Assembly: GCA_918797485.1 (NCBI GenBank)
Contig: CAKKNE010000004.1
Coordinates: 372,001 to 436,000 of the forward strand
Origin: Pelagomonas calceolata
Lineage: Eukaryota
Reading direction: 5' to 3'
DNA: 64,000 bases
Positions 62,076 to 64,000 of this stretch are shown piece after piece (positions within the stretch are counted from its first letter, which is position 1; each line of letters begins with the position of its first letter). The translations under genes were made by a program, and so were the position numbers. Below the pieces are notes generated by a model. The model worked only from the letters and a program-made list of their open reading frames with translations. It was not told the origin of the DNA and did not search any database.

Positions 62076-62644
62076 TTAGTCGTCGTCCGACGAGTCGCCC
62101 CACGCGCTCGAGAACGGAGAAGCCGCGAGCTTCTGCGCGCCGCTCATCGGCGGCGGCAAGGGCGGCGCCGCGGGCTTCGGCGCGGGCTTCGGCGCGGGCG
62201 CAGCAGGAGCAGCAGGCGCCGCGGGAGGCTTCGGCGCGCTCACCTTTGTTTTGGCCAAAGCGGCGTCAATAGCTCTCAGCTCCGCCTCCGCCTGAGCTTT
62301 TTTATCGAGTTCAGCCTTCGTCACGGCCCAGGCCGCGTGGGCGTCGTCCTCCTTCTCCTTGATCTTCGTCAAATATTTGATGTACTCCCCATGGTTGCGG
62401 AACGCGATGTCCTCGGACGCATCTCTCTCTTTTTGGCACTTCGCCAGATAAGCCTTGTAGGCCGCCTCATCTTTAAAATTCAGCACGACCTTCTCGGGGA
62501 TGGGCGGCTCAAGCTCCGGGCAGTTCGCCCTAGTATGATTACCACCGCAATGGTAACACCCTTTCCCCTTACCGCCTTTGCCGGAGTTCCGTCGGTCGCC
62601 CTTGCCGCCGCCGCCTCGTCCTTTGCCGCTGTTCCGTCGGTTCC

Positions 62645-62675
<31 letters not shown>

Positions 62676-62822
62676 TCGTCCTCCGCCGCCGCCGCCGCCG
62701 CCTCGTCCACTCCCTCGTCTACGGCCGCCGCTCTTCTTTTTCGAGGAGCCACCCCCTGCCGGCGCGATGCCGCCGTTGTAGCGCGGGTCCAAGGACTTGG
62801 CCATGCCGTCGCCGGGCGCCAT
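62076..62822 (-). CDS. Gly-rich CCHC zinc-knuckle protein
   Basis: CYHCGGNHTRANC; poly-Gly encoded by (GGC)n. Confidence 0.8.
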
Positions 62823-63380
62823 TTTTGCGTTTGCGCTTGCTTTGCTTTGCTTCCTGCAGCAGTGGTGACCTGCAGCAGCTACCTGTACGCGTGTTTGTTG
62901 CAGCTCGCAGTCTCAAGATCGATTATGAGTAATGAATGCTGTGTGCCGCGGCAGTATGAGTGCAGCAATGTGCGTATGACCGGCCAACTCGAATGTGCTT
63001 GTCGACGACTGCATTTTCAGCTATGTGCGGGTTTGAAAGCGCACTCGTCCCATGCTTCCTCTCTCGACGGATGTTGTGAAGTGCTTACGACGCCTCCCGC
63101 CGCGCCGCGGCGATCGCGACATTTGCTCTGCACCCAGCAGCAGGGAGTGGCATTGCTCATGGTGCCCCACGCCTGCTGAGAAGTTCGCATTCGTATCATT
63201 TGAGACCGGACGCACTACTGCTGTTGCAAGCGCGCGTCAAAACGGCTGCATCCCTGCGCTATTGCTGCTGAAAAAGCAGTGCAGCCTTCAGCGCGCTGCC
63301 TGGCGCGCCGTCGACGCGAAGTTACAGCCGCCGTGCCCAGCAGTAGCTAGGCAGACACGCCATCGACGTGCAGTTGTAGC

Positions 63381-64000
63381 ATGAGTGCCGTGACATGGCT
63401 CGCGATTGCGGGAGGCGCGGTCGCCCCAGGCCTCATGGCCTTCGGGCTGTTTGTCTGGGCGGACGCGTGGACCTACTCGCCGCTCGCGCTGAACGCCTTT
63501 AAGTGTGCCTTAGGGTCGTCGCTCTTCGGGCTTGTTGTGCTCATATTTTACCGAAGGCCGATGCCGGAGCGCGTCGTGTTATGGCTGGCGTTTTCCTCGC
63601 TCTTGGGAATCGTGATCGCAGATACGCTCTGGCTCGCGGCGCTGCAGATTCTCGGCGCGCGGCGCATGATCGCCATTGATGCTTTAAAACCTTTTGTGGC
63701 GGCCTTCATGGGCTACTTTTTGTTAGGTGATGCCGTGCCGTGGCTCGGGTACCTTGGTGTTGTCGTTTGTGCGCTGGGCGTGTATTTGCTGAATGTGGAG
63801 TCTGCCGAAAAGAAGGAGGCGGACGAAGACGCCGTGGAGGCCGACGACGTCGCCGTGGAAGAGGCGACGGAGCCCCCATATCTCAGAGGCTACGCCTACG
63901 CGACGGTCAACGTGGTCCTCGACGTCTACGCCGCCACGATCACGGTCGCCGAGCGCGGGCCCCTGTCCTCTGCCGAGGTCAATTTGTTGCGGTTCGGCCT
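63381..64000 (+). CDS. EamA/DMT-family transporter (partial, runs off the window)
   Basis: MSAVTWLAIAGG.., PLALNAFKC, SSLLGIVIADTLWL.ALQILGARR. Confidence 0.8.
   Translation, partial: MSAVTWLAIAGGAVAPGLMAFGLFVWADAWTYSPLALNAFKCALGSSLFGLVVLIFYRRPMPERVVLWLAFSSLLGIVIADTLWLAALQILGARRMIAIDALKPFVAAFMGYFLLGDAVPWLGYLGVVVCALGVYLLNVESAEKKEADEDAVEADDVAVEEATEPPYLRGYAYATVNVVLDVYAATITVAERGPLSSAEVNLLRFG

Noticed and set aside
62646..62702. (GCC)n microsatellite
   Set aside because: Codes for poly-Gly in the zinc-knuckle protein
1..64000. Hundreds of overlapping Arg/Ala/Pro-rich ORFs in the six-frame track
   Set aside because: Shadow frames expected in very GC-rich DNA; they overlap better-supported genes and lack motifs

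Overview
GC-rich, very compact eukaryotic nuclear DNA from a photosynthetic stramenopile. A fucoxanthin-chlorophyll LHC with an ASAF-type bipartite leader and introner-type introns point to a pelagophyte such as Pelagomonas or Aureococcus (inference). The window holds about 40 protein-coding genes, including LHC, Vta1, a CRTISO-like oxidoreductase, a DEAD-box helicase, an ARL8-like GTPase, acylpeptide hydrolase, isocitrate lyase, a class-3 lipase, Mpv17, ATP synthase delta, Vps11, SF3B5, a CPA2 antiporter and NOL10. It also holds an expanded set of E3-ligase/repeat fusions. I reconstructed 18 introns by hand from frame continuity. Main signals: (1) a family of MITE-like introner introns with 15-bp TIRs (CTGTGTGGAAATCAA) and 8-bp TSDs that supply the GT donor, so splicing is seamless; (2) an ACGCCATCG(A/C)CGCG motif in most introns, plus A/C-rich 3' tracts; (3) a recurrent bipartite element, CTAGCG-N3-5-GTAAGACACTAGC, seen about 12 times and only in non-coding regions upstream of genes; (4) a gene-shuffling block at 19-28 kb; (5) a RING-TPR gene bracketed by an exact 55-bp duplication; (6) a Cu/Zn-SOD lacking most metal ligands; (7) an FkbM-like methyltransferase fused to a Tudor domain. 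All exon structures were read by eye and need RNA-seq confirmation. No rRNA, tRNA or CRISPR array was recognised.
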